Source of the DNA: an uncultured delta proteobacterium
GTDB taxonomy: Bacteria; Myxococcota; Myxococcia; Myxococcales; Anaeromyxobacteraceae
Direction of reading: 5' to 3'
DNA length: 64,000 nt
Assembly: GCA_963818535.1 (NCBI GenBank)
Contig: CAWFSM010000008.1
Span: forward strand, 760,892 to 824,891
The stretch's first letter is position 1; every line of letters starts with the position of its first letter. A program made the position numbers and the translations under genes. Under the pieces are notes generated by a model. That model saw only the letters and a program-made list of their open reading frames with translations, ran no database searches and was not told the origin of the DNA. Below are positions 10,878-26,087 of the stretch, piece by piece.

Positions 10878-13108
10878 GCGTCGAGCACCGAGAGGTGGCC
10901 GCGCACTCCTGCACCGGAGAGCAGGCCGTCCCCGTCGAGCGTCCAGGTGGTGAGGTCGCCGTCCACGGCGAGCCGGGCAGGGGCGAGGGACGGCACCCGC
11001 CCGACCAGCGCGCCGGTCGAGGCGTCGAGAAGCTCGACCTCCTCGGCGGCGACGACGACCACGCCGCGCGCGGGAACCGGCGGAAGGTTGCCCGGAGGAA
11101 CCGGACGACCTTCGCAGGAGCGAGCCCAGGTCATCTTGCCGTCCCGGTCGAGCGCGGCGCAGGTCCCGTCGGGGCCCTTGGCGAGGAGCCCGCCGGCCCG
11201 TTCCGCGAGCGAGGGGATGGCCCCGACCGGCGAGGGCTCCACCCAGGCCGCCCCCCCGTGCTCCTCCAGCGCGGCCACCACCGCGTCCCCGCCGACGCGT
11301 CCGGCGATGGCGATGCGCCCGGCGAAGCGGAGCGGTGGGCCGGCTGGCGTGAAGTCGAGCGACGCCTCGAACACCCGCTCTCCCGTCGACGGCTCGACGC
11401 CCGTCAGCGTCGCTCCCGTGGGAGTCAGGAAGCACAGGAGGCAGGAGCGCCCGGTCCCGGCGACGGGCGAGGCCAGTGGCCCCGCGCCGCGCAGGCGCCA
11501 TGCGACTCGCCCGACCGGGTCGATGGCGTGGACCATCCCGGCGTCGGACGCCGCGACCAGCATGGAGCCGAGGGGCAGGAGGGAGAGGCGGGTCGCGCCG
11601 GGCGACGAGAACGTCCAGAGGGGGTCGCCCTCCGCGGCGCCGAAGGCGAAGACGGACGGGCCGGATCCCAGCAGGACGCGCCCTCCTGGCGCCAGGGCGA
11701 GGGTGCTCCGGCCGTCCGCGTCCCTGGGCGCAGGGCGGGTCCACAGGACCGCCCCGGTGGCGAGGTCCCTGCCTTCCATCGTCTCGCCGCGAAGGAGGGC
11801 GAGGATGCGGTCCCCGGCACCGGCAAGGTCGGAGCCGGGAGCGCTCCACAGGACGGAACCCCCCGCGGCGTCGAGTGCGATCGTCCGGTCCCGGCCGCAG
11901 GCGACGAGCCGCCCGTCAGGGCGGAAGAGGCCTGCCCCCGCCGGCGGGCCGATCTCGAACGAGGCGAGGTGCCGGAAGGAAACCCGGCGCAGCCTTCCCG
12001 CGCCGAGGGGCCGCGGGGAGGCCCTCTGCGCCCGCCCCACGCGAAGGCGCCGCCGGCCGCTCGACGTGCGGTCTCCCTCCCTCGCCTCCACGACCTGGGC
12101 GAGCGTGGTCGCGGCCGTCCGCTCCAGGTCGGAGAGCAGGCCATTGTCCGCCTGGCAGGGCGCGCGCCCCCGGATGACCGCGCAGAAGTCCGTGGCGCCC
12201 TCCAGGGCAGCATGCGCGAAGGCCAGGGAGTCGCAGGGCACGGGGTCGGCCCCGTCGACCGTCACGGTTCCGTCGCCGACGACCACGCGGGCCGTCGCGT
12301 TTCGTCCCGGGCGCGCCAGGTCGAAGGTGACCGGGGCAGCGGGCGCGGCGGCCATCCGGGAGGCGGCCGCGCACAGGTCGCGGAAGAGCAGGTACGGGGC
12401 GCCGGCGAGCGACAGGAACTCGTCGCCCGACGGGGCGCGGAAGGAGACCCGACCGCGGACGAGGAGCGAGGCCAGGTCGGCGCCGGGGCCCCGCCAGGTC
12501 GTGAGCCGCCCGGTCTCGTCGTGGAGCTCGAAGCTGCACGCGGCATCGCGGAGGCGCCGCCGGGTCCTGCGGGTGCGCGTGCGCGGCGCAGCGCCGCTCG
12601 CGCGTCGCTCCCCGGCGTCGACGGGCGACCGGGACGCCGCGAGAAGGAGGCGGCGCAGCTCGGGGAGGGCGCGGGCTGCCGGGGAGATCTCCACCACGCG
12701 GTCGCAGAAGGCGACGGCGGCAGCGCGGGCCGCCTCGGCCAGGCGAGGCAGGTCGACCTCGACGTCGTGAGCGAGCAGTCGCGCCGGCCGGGAGAGGGTC
12801 GCCACGGAGAGCAGGGCGACGCCATCGCGCCGGTGCAGGAGGAGCTCGACCGCGCCGTCGTCGAAGGGAACGGACGCGTGCTCCTCCCCGGCGGCGAGCC
12901 GATCGACCGCCAGGAGCATGCCGAGCACCCCCTCGGCGAGGGGTCCCTCGGTCCGGCCTGCCCCGATATCGACCCCCTCGACCTCCACCGCCAGGACGTC
13001 GACGATGGACCGGATCGCCGCCCTCCGGGGCTCGAGGGACCCGGCGCGCAACCCGGCCCGGATCTCGGGGTCCGAGGCCCATCCTTCGCCGATCCGGATC
13101 CGAACCAT
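10874..13108 (-). CDS. PQQ-like beta-propeller repeat protein with an N-terminal region of ~400 aa and unknown function; no signal peptide
   Basis: The C-terminal half has repeated '...A.D..G..LW' blades (ALDAAGGSVLWS, RDLATGAVLWT, HAIDPVGRVAWR). Confidence 0.55.
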   Translation of the reverse strand: MVRIRIGEGWASDPEIRAGLRAGSLEPRRAAIRSIVDVLAVEVEGVDIGAGRTEGPLAEGVLGMLLAVDRLAAGEEHASVPFDDGAVELLLHRRDGVALLSVATLSRPARLLAHDVEVDLPRLAEAARAAAVAFCDRVVEISPAARALPELRRLLLAASRSPVDAGERRASGAAPRTRTRRTRRRLRDAACSFELHDETGRLTTWRGPGADLASLLVRGRVSFRAPSGDEFLSLAGAPYLLFRDLCAAASRMAAAPAAPVTFDLARPGRNATARVVVGDGTVTVDGADPVPCDSLAFAHAALEGATDFCAVIRGRAPCQADNGLLSDLERTAATTLAQVVEAREGDRTSSGRRRLRVGRAQRASPRPLGAGRLRRVSFRHLASFEIGPPAGAGLFRPDGRLVACGRDRTIALDAAGGSVLWSAPGSDLAGAGDRILALLRGETMEGRDLATGAVLWTRPAPRDADGRSTLALAPGGRVLLGSGPSVFAFGAAEGDPLWTFSSPGATRLSLLPLGSMLVAASDAGMVHAIDPVGRVAWRLRGAGPLASPVAGTGRSCLLCFLTPTGATLTGVEPSTGERVFEASLDFTPAGPPLRFAGRIAIAGRVGGDAVVAALEEHGGAAWVEPSPVGAIPSLAERAGGLLAKGPDGTCAALDRDGKMTWARSCEGRPVPPGNLPPVPARGVVVVAAEEVELLDASTGALVGRVPSLAPARLAVDGDLTTWTLDGDGLLSGAGVRGHLSVLDA

Positions 13109-13248
13109 TCCCCGCGACCCTCCAGATCATGGAAATCTCCGGCGATCCGGAGGAATTCCACGTTGACAGGGGGCGGAGCGCGACACAAGATGAGCGATTG
13201 CCCGCGGCGACATCCGCCGCGAAATCACCAAGGAATCCTGAGACTTTC

Positions 13249-14998
13249 ATGACCTTCACCGAAGCAGCCGTCGAGGTGCTGAAGCGGGAAGGCAAGCCAC
13301 TCCACTTCCGGAAGATCGCCGAGATCGCGATCCACGAGAGCCTTCTCGACCACGTCGGGAAGATTCCCGAGGACACGATGGCCGACCAGCTGGCCGCGCA
13401 CTGCAAGTTGCCGCGGCCGGACAGGGCCATCGTCGTGGTCCAGCACGCGACCTTCGCCCTGGAAGAGTGGGGCCTGCCCGAAGACCCCCTGGGCCTGGAG
13501 AAGCTGATCGAGCCACCACCGGTCGACGAGCTCCCGTACCGACCCCGGGAACGCCACCCCATCCCCACCCGGGAGCTCGCGCGGAGCTCGGGCAGGGATG
13601 CGAGCCGGGGCCGACGCCGCGAGGAGGGAGACGAGAAGAAGCGTCGCTTCCCGCCGCCGGCCGAGGTCGCCTACGAGATCCTGTCCGGGGCCGAGCGTTC
13701 GCTCACCCTGCGGGAGCTCGCGTCGCTCGGGGCGGAACGCATGCTGATGCCCGACGCCTTCGTCCGGGAGACGGGCTCCCTGGCGGCGGCGTTGCGCGAG
13801 GACAACCGCCGGCGCGAGTCGGCTGGTCGCAAGGCGCTCTTCGCCATCGACGGGGAGATCGTCACCCTCGGCGCCGCCCCCGAGCCGGGCGATCGCCCGG
13901 TTCCGGTCGTGGCCGCGCTGGGCCCAGCCAGCCCCGCCGAGATGCGCCGAGCGGCGCTCGCCGCGCTGCGAAGGCGCCTCCGCGAATGCGATGGGCCGAC
14001 CGATCGAGCACCTGGTCGGCCGCCTGCTCGAGGCGAGCGGGCTCAAGGACGTCAAGGTCGCGAAGCGCGGGCGGGAGAGCGTCGTCTTCACCGCACGCCG
14101 GCGCATGGGTCTCGTCGACGTCCGGCACGCCATCCGCGTGCTTCGCACGGGCACGGACGTGGGGAAGCGGGACGTCACCGACGTCCGGAGGGACGTGGGG
14201 CACTACGGGGCGCAGATCGGCATGCTGGTCACCTCCGGAGAAGCCCACCGGGAGGCGCGCGGAGAGGCCACCGCCGCGGGACAGCTGCCCGTCCTCCTCC
14301 TGGCCGGTGAGGCGTTCGCGGAGGCCTTCGCCGATGCAGGCGTCGGATGCCGGATCGTCTCGATCCCCGAGGCGGACGAGGACTTCCTGGCCACGGCCGG
14401 CGAGGCTGCCCAGCGCGAGGAGATCGCCCGAAAGGCCCGCCGCGAGGAGCGCGATCGCCGGGATGGACGCGAGGAGCGCGAGGCCGGAGGCGGGGGCCGG
14501 GATCGCGGCCGGGACCGGGACCGCGACCGACGCGAGGAGCGTCGACCGCCGCGGCCGGACCCGTCCGCGGCCGCTGCACTGGACACCACGCCCCCCGCCG
14601 ATGTGCCGACGATGGCAGCGGGCGCCGAGGCGCCCGAAGGCGAGGCGGAGGGCACGGCGCGGGCGACCGAGCAGGTGATCCCGCCGGCCGTGGCGCGCCA
14701 GGAACCGCCCGCCCTGGACCTCGACGAAGGCGACGACGAGGGCGAGGACGACGACGCTCCCGATGGACCCACGGCGGTGGAGGGCGCGCCAGGCGAGGCG
14801 CCCGGCGAGGCATCCAAGGACGGAGCCACCGGAGACGGGCGCCGCAGGCGTCGTCGGCGAAGGCGCCGGGGCGGCCGCGGCCGCGGGGAGCGACGGGCGG
14901 ACGGCTCTCCCGCACCGGAAGGTGGCGAGGCGGGCACTCCGCCTCCGGCTCCGCCCTCCGGAGATCCTCCTCCCACGAGCTCCGGCGAAGGGACCTGA
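13249..14998 (+). CDS. Two HARE-HTH-like domains + Mrr-type restriction endonuclease-like domain + long charged low-complexity tail; apparent frameshift at ~13975-13990
   Basis: MTFTEAAVEVLKREGKPLHFRKIAE (HARE-HTH) and a second similar segment (AEVAYEILSGAERSLTLRELA). IEHLVGRLLEASGL...G.LVTSG is Mrr_cat-like. The tail contains (RD/RE)n, a D/E block, R10 and RGG. Confidence 0.6.
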
Positions 14999-15030
14999 GC
15001 GGGGACGAGCAGGGGTTCGAGGAAGGCCCG

Positions 15031-15964
15031 ATGCGCAACGGTTCCTGGCTCGTCGCTGGCCTGCTGTCGCTGATGCGGGGCGGCGGGCTGCCGGAACGAG
15101 CCGGCGCCGTGCGTCGTGACGGGCGTCGCCGATCGAGGAGGCGCAGGGCCCGTCCCGGCTGGCGGCCGTCGGGCTCGACCGGGAGGAACTCCGGCGCATC
15201 GGGCTCGAGGCCTTCGCCTCGGACGCCCGGATTCGTGGTGCCGACGGGCGAACCGGCGCAAGGGGCGCCGCGCTGCCGGGGCGCGATCGCGCTCGAGGAT
15301 GCCCGGCTCACCGCGCAGCGGGACGGGCAACGCAGGCCGAGGTCCTCGTCCGGCTGGAGGTGGACCCGGGAGAGGACGGCGAACCGGCCGTCGACACGGT
15401 GCGCGGGGCGGAGAGCGTCGGCCCGGGCGAAGCCGGTGGCGGGCGCATTCCGTCGCGCCATCCGAGTCGAGCGCGAAGCGCGCGGCGAGCGGCCTGGCTC
15501 TCGCGCTGGCGGAGGCGCGAAAGCCGGACGCGGCGGTCATCCGCGACCTCGAGTCCGGCGACCCGCGGGTCCGGGAGCTCGCGGTGGGCGTGCTGGCCGA
15601 CCGGAAGAACGCCGGCGGCCGTTCCCGGTCTCATCGCGCGCCTCCAGGATCCCGACCCCGAGATCGCCGACCGCGCCGTGGGCGCCCTGGCGCAGATCGG
15701 CGACCCGCGGGCCGTGGGGCCGATCATCGAGCTGTCTCGCCGCCGGGAGGGGCCGTTCGTCGCCCAGATGGTCCGGGCCGTCGGGGACATCGGCGGCTCC
15801 GAGGCGGAGGCCTACCTCGAGACGCATCGCCGCCGGCCATCCCGGATCCGCTCGTCGCCGCAGGCGGCGCGCGAGGCCCTCCGGGACGCCCGGCGGCGCA
15901 GCGGCGCCGCCGGCAAGGGCCGGGACCGGGGCGAAGTGAGTCGAGCGTCGCGACGCCACTTTGA
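15031..15964 (+). pseudogene. HEAT-repeat protein, split over all three frames by at least 5 apparent frameshifts; boundaries approximate
   Basis: Recognisable HEAT units: DLESGDPRVRELAVGVLADR (frame 2) and VPGLIARLQDPDPEIADRAVGALAQIGDPRAVGPII (frame 0). Confidence 0.4.
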
Positions 15965-15971
15965 GGGTAAG

Positions 15972-16587
15972 ATGCGCGCCGTGCTCCGGAGACACCGCAC
16001 CGCTCCTCTGCCGCCGCGCTGGCGGCCTGCGCCCAGCGTCTCCCGGAGCGCCGCCGGTCCGTCGCCCCGCGGCCCCGGCCCCGGACCCGACCACCTACTT
16101 CCCGCTCGCCGTCGGGAACGAGTGGACCTGGATCGACCGCTCGCCCCAGGTGCGGTGCGGGAGCGCCGAAGCGAGCGCACCGTCCGCATCGTGTCCCGGG
16201 ACGCCGACGGCTACTTCGTCGACGACGCGCGAGGGCGCGCTCAAGGTCGCCCACGGCTGCATCCAGGACCGGGTCCGCCGGCTCCTCTGCGCTCCCTTCG
16301 AGCTCGATCGCACCTGGACCTCGATCGTGAGCGAGACCTCCACCGAGCGCTACCAGATCGCCGCCATCGGGGTCACCGCGACGGTCCCGGCGGGCACCTT
16401 CGAGGGCTGCATCCTGGTGCGGGCGCGCAACCGCGCCGGGCCGGACACGGAGATCATCCTCGAGACCACCTACGCGCCGGGCGTCGGGCCGGTCCGCATC
16501 GAGACCTTCGCGGTGGTGGAGGGTCGCAAGGTACCCCAGGTCAAGGCGGAGCTGGCATCGCATCGCATCGTGAGGGCATCTCGATGA
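15972..16587 (+). pseudogene. Probable lipoprotein of unknown function, with at least 3 apparent frameshifts
   Basis: Signal/lipobox pieces (MRAVLR.., ..AALAAC) and the body (TYFPLAVGNEWTW, RTVRIVSRDADGYFVDDARG, TVPAGTFEGCILV) lie in different frames. Confidence 0.4.
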
Positions 16588-17905
16588 AAGAGGTCGGCAT
16601 CGGAATCGCTGGATTCGGAACCGTGGGCGGAGGGGTGCTCTCCATCCTCCGCAGCCACGCGCGGGAGATCGAGGCGCGCCTCGGCGCGCGCATCGTCGTC
16701 CGGAAGGTGGCGGTGCGCGATCCGGAGAAGGAGCGCATGGTCGACCTCGATCGGTCGCTCCTCACCACCCGCTACCAGGACCTGGTCGAGGACCCGTCGG
16801 TCCAGGTCGTGGTCGAGCTGGTGGGCGGCACCACCGAGGCGCGAAGGCTCGTCCTCGCGGCGCTCCGAGGCCGGCAAGCACGTGGTCACCGCCAACAAGG
16901 CGCTGCTCGCCTTCCACGGGGACGAGATCTTCCGGCTGGCCCAGGAGAAGGGCGTCGACGTGTACTACGAGGGCGCCGTGGCCGGCGGCGTGCCCGGTCA
17001 TCCGCACGCTCCGGGAGGCGCTCGCGTCCGATCGCATCCAGGCCATCCACGGGATCGTGAACGGGACCACCAACTTCATCCTCACCTCGATGGCGGAGAA
17101 GGGGGAGCCGCTCGCCACGGCGCTCGCCGAGGCGCAGCGGCTGGGATACGCCGAGGCCGACCCGACGCTCGACGTGTCGGGGGCGACGCCGCGCAGAAGC
17201 TCTGCCTGCTCGCGCAGCTCGCCTTCGGCGCCCGGCTCGCGCCACAGGACGTGCTGACCGAGGGGATCATGGGGCTCATCCCCGAGGACTTCGCCTGGGC
17301 GAAGGAGTTCGGCTACGCCCTCAAGCTGCTCGCGGTGGCCCGGCGGTCCGGACCGAACGGGAGCGGCGAGGACGGGTACATCGAGGCACGCGTCCACCCG
17401 GCCTTCATCCCCGCCGACTCGATGCTGGCCGGGTGTCCGCGGGGCCATGAACGCGGTGCTGCTCCGGTCGGAGGCGCTCGGCCCGACGCTGCTCTTCGGC
17501 CAGGGCGCGGGCGCCATGCCCACCGGCAGCGCGGTGGTCGCCGACATCATCGACCTCTCCCGCAACCTCCTCTCCGGGAGCCCGGGCCGCGTGCCCGCTG
17601 CCGCCGGCGAGCTCGCTCGTCCGGCTGCGGCCCCACGCGGAGATCCGGACCGGCTACTACCTGCGCTTCTCGGTGAAGGACGCGCCGGGGGTGCTGGCGC
17701 GCATCGCCGCCACCCTGGCCGCGCCACGGCATCTCCATCGCCGCCGTGCAGCAGCGGGAGCACGAGGAGGAAGGCGCGCCGGTGCCGCTCGTCATCGTCA
17801 CCCACCAGGCCCGCGAGGCCGACCTCCGCGCCGCCATCCGGGAGATCGACGCGTACGACACCACCGTCCGCCCCCACCCGGCTCATCCGGATCGAGCAGG
17901 TCTGA
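16584..17905 (+). pseudogene. hom: Homoserine dehydrogenase, conserved along its whole length but interrupted by 7 apparent frameshifts
   Basis: Segments [12 protein letters not shown] | [15 protein letters not shown] | [19 protein letters not shown] | [10 protein letters not shown] | GAMNAV..FGQGAGAMPTGSAV | YYLRFSVKDAPGVLA | HGISIAAVQQ | TRLIRIEQV lie in alternating frames. Shift sites are ~16866, 16997, 17181, 17434, 17612, 17727 and 17870. Confidence 0.8.
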
Positions 17906-17909
17906 CGCC

Positions 17910-18316
17910 ATGGTGCGCTGCGAGATCCGCGTGATCTACGGCGACACCGACCAGATGGGAGTCGTGTACTACGCCAACTACCTGCGCTGGTTCGAGGCGG
18001 GGCGCACCGAGTTCCTGCGGGCCAAGGGGCTGTCCTACTCGGACTTCGAGGCCAGCGAGAAGCTCATCCTCCCGGTCGCGGAGGCGGGGGTGAACTACCT
18101 CCAGCCGGCCCGCTACGACGACCTCGTCTGCGATCGAGACCAGCCTGGCGATCGCCCGGCGGGCCTCGGCCCGCTTCGAATACGCCGTCCGCCGCGGGAC
18201 AGGACCTGCTCGCCACGGGATTCACCGTGCACGCCTGCGTCGACGGGGACGGACGTATCCGGCGGCTGCCCGCGGACTTCCTGGCGCGGATGAAGGTCGG
18301 CGAGGGGATCGACTAG
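17910..18316 (+). CDS. YbgC/4HBT-family acyl-CoA thioesterase; two apparent frameshifts (~18130, ~18196)
   Basis: [24 protein letters not shown] hot-dog N-terminus. The C-terminal [13 protein letters not shown] is in another frame. Length 407 nt. Confidence 0.7.
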
Positions 18317-18332
18317 GACCGAGGGAGGGACC

Positions 18333-19299
18333 ATGGATCGCAACCTGGCGCTCGAAGGCGTTCGCATCACCGAGGCTGCCGCGCTGGCCTCGGCGCGGCT
18401 CATGGGGCGCGGGGACCACAACGCCGCCGACCACGCCGCGACCGAGGCCATGCGCGGGGCCTTCAACGACCTGGACGTGAACGGCGAGGTCGTGATCGGC
18501 GAGGGGGAGCGGGACGAGGCCCCCATGCTCTACATCGGGGAGCGGGTGGGGCGCGCCGTCGCCGGGCGCGCTCGAGATCGAGATCGCCGTCGACCCGCTC
18601 GAGGGCACCAACCTCTGCGCCACCGGCGCCGCCAACGCCATCAGCGTCATCGCCATGGGGCCGAAGGGGTCGCTGCTCCGGGCGCCCGACACCTACATGG
18701 AGAAGATCGCGGTGGGTCCGGAGGCGCGCGGCGTGGTGGACCTGGCCCGGCCGGCGACCGCCAACCTGCGCGCCGTGGCCGACGCGCTCGGAAAGTACGT
18801 CGAGGACCTCACGGTGGTCATCCTCGACCGCCCCCGCCACGAGCGGCTCATCCGCGAGGTTCGCGAGGCCGGCGCCCGCATCCGCCTCATCGGCGACGGC
18901 GACGTCTCGGCGGCCATCAACACCTGCCTTCCCGACACCGGCATCGACATGCTCATCGGCATCGGCGGGGCGCCCGAGGGGGTCATCAGCGCCGCCGCGC
19001 TGCGCTGCATGGGCGGCGACATGCAGGGGAGGCTCCGCTACCGGAACGACGCCGAGCGGGAGCGGGCCCGCGCCATGGGGATCGACGACGTGGAGAAGAT
19101 CTTCCGCATCGACGAGATGGCCCGGGGAGACGTCATGTTCGCGTCGACCGGCGTCACCAACGGCGACTTCCTGAAGGGCGTCCGCTTCACGGGCGACGGG
19201 GCGCGCACCCACTCGGTGGTGATGCGCAGCCGGACCGGGACGGTGCGCTACATCGAGACCGAGCACCACTTCCTGCAGAAGCCCAACTACGGCTGGTAG
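18333..19299 (+). CDS. glpX: Class II fructose-1,6-bisphosphatase; apparent frameshift at ~18564
   Basis: [24 protein letters not shown] and GIGGAPEGV motifs. Confidence 0.85.
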
Positions 19300-19325
19300 A
19301 CCCGGGACAGGGGAAAGGACGCGCC

Positions 19326-21399
<2,074 letters not shown>

Positions 21400-21425
21400 G
21401 CGCTGACTCGCATCGTCGTCGAGGT

Positions 21426-23884
<2,459 letters not shown>

Positions 23885-23888
<4 letters not shown>

Positions 23889-24976
23889 AGGGGGCGCGTC
23901 TCCAGCCGGGCGATGGTCTCGATGCCGGCCTGACCGATGGCGAGGAGGGCCTCGACGACCTGGGGGTCGAACTGGGTCCCCGACTGTCGGGCGATCTCCC
24001 GGATGGCCTGCTCGAAGCCGAGGCTCCTGCGGTACGGACGGTCGCTCGCCATGGCGTCGAGCGCGTCGGCCACCGCGAAGATGCGCGCCCCCACGGTGAT
24101 GCGGTCGCCCTTCAGGCCCCGGGGATATCCGGACCCGTCGAATCGTTCCTGATGGGAGAGGACGATCTCGGCCGGAAGGCGGAGGAAGCCGATCGACTTC
24201 AGGATGTTGAAGCCGGTCTGGGGGTGCTTGCGCATCTCCTCCCACTCGGCGGCGTCGAGCGGCCCGGGCTTGAGCAGGATCGCGTCGGGGACGCCGATCT
24301 TGCCGATGTCGTGGAGGAGGGCTCCACGGAAGATGTCGTTCCGCTTCTCCATGGGGACGCCCATGCGGTCCGCCAGGGCGAGCGTGTAGCGCCCCACGCG
24401 CTGGGAGTGGTCGCCGGTCTCGTGCTCCCGGGCGTCGAGGGCGGCCACCAGCGCGTAGAGGGTGCTGTGGTAGGCGGCCTCGACCTCGACGAGGGCGCGC
24501 CGCAGGTCGCTGGCCTTCTCGCGTACCGTTCGCTGGAGGCTCGTCCGGTAGCGCTCGCGGGCACGCTCGTCCCGCCGCCGGGAGAGGGCGCGCTCGATGG
24601 ATCGCAGGAGGTCTCCCGACCTGGGCGGCTTGAGCAGGTAGTCGGTGGCGCCCCGGCGGAGGCACTCGACGGCGGCCTCGGTGTCGCCATAGGCGGTGAG
24701 CATGACCACCGCGGTGTCGGGGCGCTCCCGGCGCAGCCGGTCGAGGAGCCAGAGGCCGTCCTTGCCGGGCATCTTCATGTCGCTGATGACGAGATGGGGG
24801 TCGGTCTCGCGGGCCATCTCGAGCGCCGCCTCCGCCCCGGAGGTGGTCCGGCAGTCGTAGCCCTCGTCGGAGAGCACCATGCCGATGGCGTCGCGGACGA
24901 CGGCGTCGTCGTCCACGATCAGCACGCGCGCCGCCGTGCCGTCCGCTGGTTCCAGGCTCGACGCTTCGCCCGTCAT
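23885..24976 (-). CDS. Response regulator receiver + HD-GYP domain protein (putative c-di-GMP phosphodiesterase)
   Basis: REC domain (VLIVDDD..., DMKMPGKDG, K at LLKP). HD-GYP domain (HSQRV, LLHDIGKIGVP, HQERFDGSGYPRGL). Confidence 0.85.
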
Positions 24977-25087
24977 GCGAGGACCTACATACCCCACCGG
25001 GAGGCCGCCGGCCACGGGAAGTCCCGGCCCGGGAGACCGCACAAGCACCCTTGAACCGGTGGGGGTCCGCGAATAGAAACCGCCGGG

Positions 25088-26077
25088 ATGACCACCCCTT
25101 CCTCTAGACTCCCGGTGATCGGGCCGGAACCGGTCGACGACGGGGGGCGCGAGGCCCTCGCGTCCATCCGGGCGGGCGGGCTGCCGATCAACGCCCGCAA
25201 ACCCGGGTGGTTGCGGGTCGGGGTTCCGGGCGGGGAGCGGTACGGTCGCGTCCGGGACACCCTGTCCGGGCTGAAGCTCCACACCGTCTGCGCGGAGGCC
25301 CACTGCCCGAACGTCGCCGAGTGCTGGGGGGGCGGGACGGCCACCGTGATGCTCATGGGGGACACCTGCACCCGGGGCTGCCGCTTCTGCCAGGTGAAGA
25401 CCGCGGCCCGGCCTCCGGCCCTCGACCCCGACGAGCCTCGCCACGTGGCGGACGCGGTCCGGAAGCTCCAGCTCGACTACGTGGTGGTGACGAGCGTGGA
25501 CCGGGACGACCTTCCGGACGGCGGCGCCGCCCACTTCGCCGAGGCCATCCGGCTCCTCAAGGAGGTCCCAGGACTCCTCGTCGAGGTGCTCACCCCCGAC
25601 TTCCAGGGAGACGCCGAGGCGGTCCGGACCGTCGGCCGCGCCGGCCCGGACGTGTTCGCGAACAACCTGGAGACCGTGCGGCGCCTGACGCCCGCGGTCC
25701 GGGACGGCCGCGCCGGCTACGACCAGACCCTCGGCGTCCTGGCCAGGATGAAGCGGGAGTTTCCCGGGGTGGCGACCAAGTCCTCGGTCATGGTGGGGCT
25801 GGGAGAGAGCGCCGCCGAGGTCGATCAGGCGATGCAGGATCTCCGGGGCGTCGGCGTCGAGGTGCTGACGCTGGGCCAGTACCTGCGCCCGTCCGCCTGG
25901 CACCTGCCGGTGGTGGAGTTCGTGACCCCGGAGGCCTTCGCGGCCTACGAGGCGAGGGGGCGTGAGCTCGGCTTCCGCTACGTGGCGAGCGGTCCGCTCG
26001 TCCGCTCCAGCTACCGCGCCGGCGAGCTCTTCATGAAGGGCGTGATCGAGTCGCGCGCCTCCCAGGCGCGGCCATGA
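25088..26077 (+). CDS. lipA: Lipoyl synthase
   Basis: CEEAHCPN-like [12 protein letters not shown] and radical-SAM CTRGCRFC. Confidence 0.95.
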   Translation: MTTPSSRLPVIGPEPVDDGGREALASIRAGGLPINARKPGWLRVGVPGGERYGRVRDTLSGLKLHTVCAEAHCPNVAECWGGGTATVMLMGDTCTRGCRFCQVKTAARPPALDPDEPRHVADAVRKLQLDYVVVTSVDRDDLPDGGAAHFAEAIRLLKEVPGLLVEVLTPDFQGDAEAVRTVGRAGPDVFANNLETVRRLTPAVRDGRAGYDQTLGVLARMKREFPGVATKSSVMVGLGESAAEVDQAMQDLRGVGVEVLTLGQYLRPSAWHLPVVEFVTPEAFAAYEARGRELGFRYVASGPLVRSSYRAGELFMKGVIESRASQARP

Positions 26078-26087
26078 CGGAGGGTGA

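Noticed and set aside
15031-18600. Programmed ribosomal frameshifting or recoding as an explanation for the frame hops
   Set aside because: There are too many sites (up to 7 in one gene) and no slippery heptamers or downstream structures. The sites coincide with short homopolymer runs, so sequencing or assembly error, or less likely true decay, is more parsimonious.
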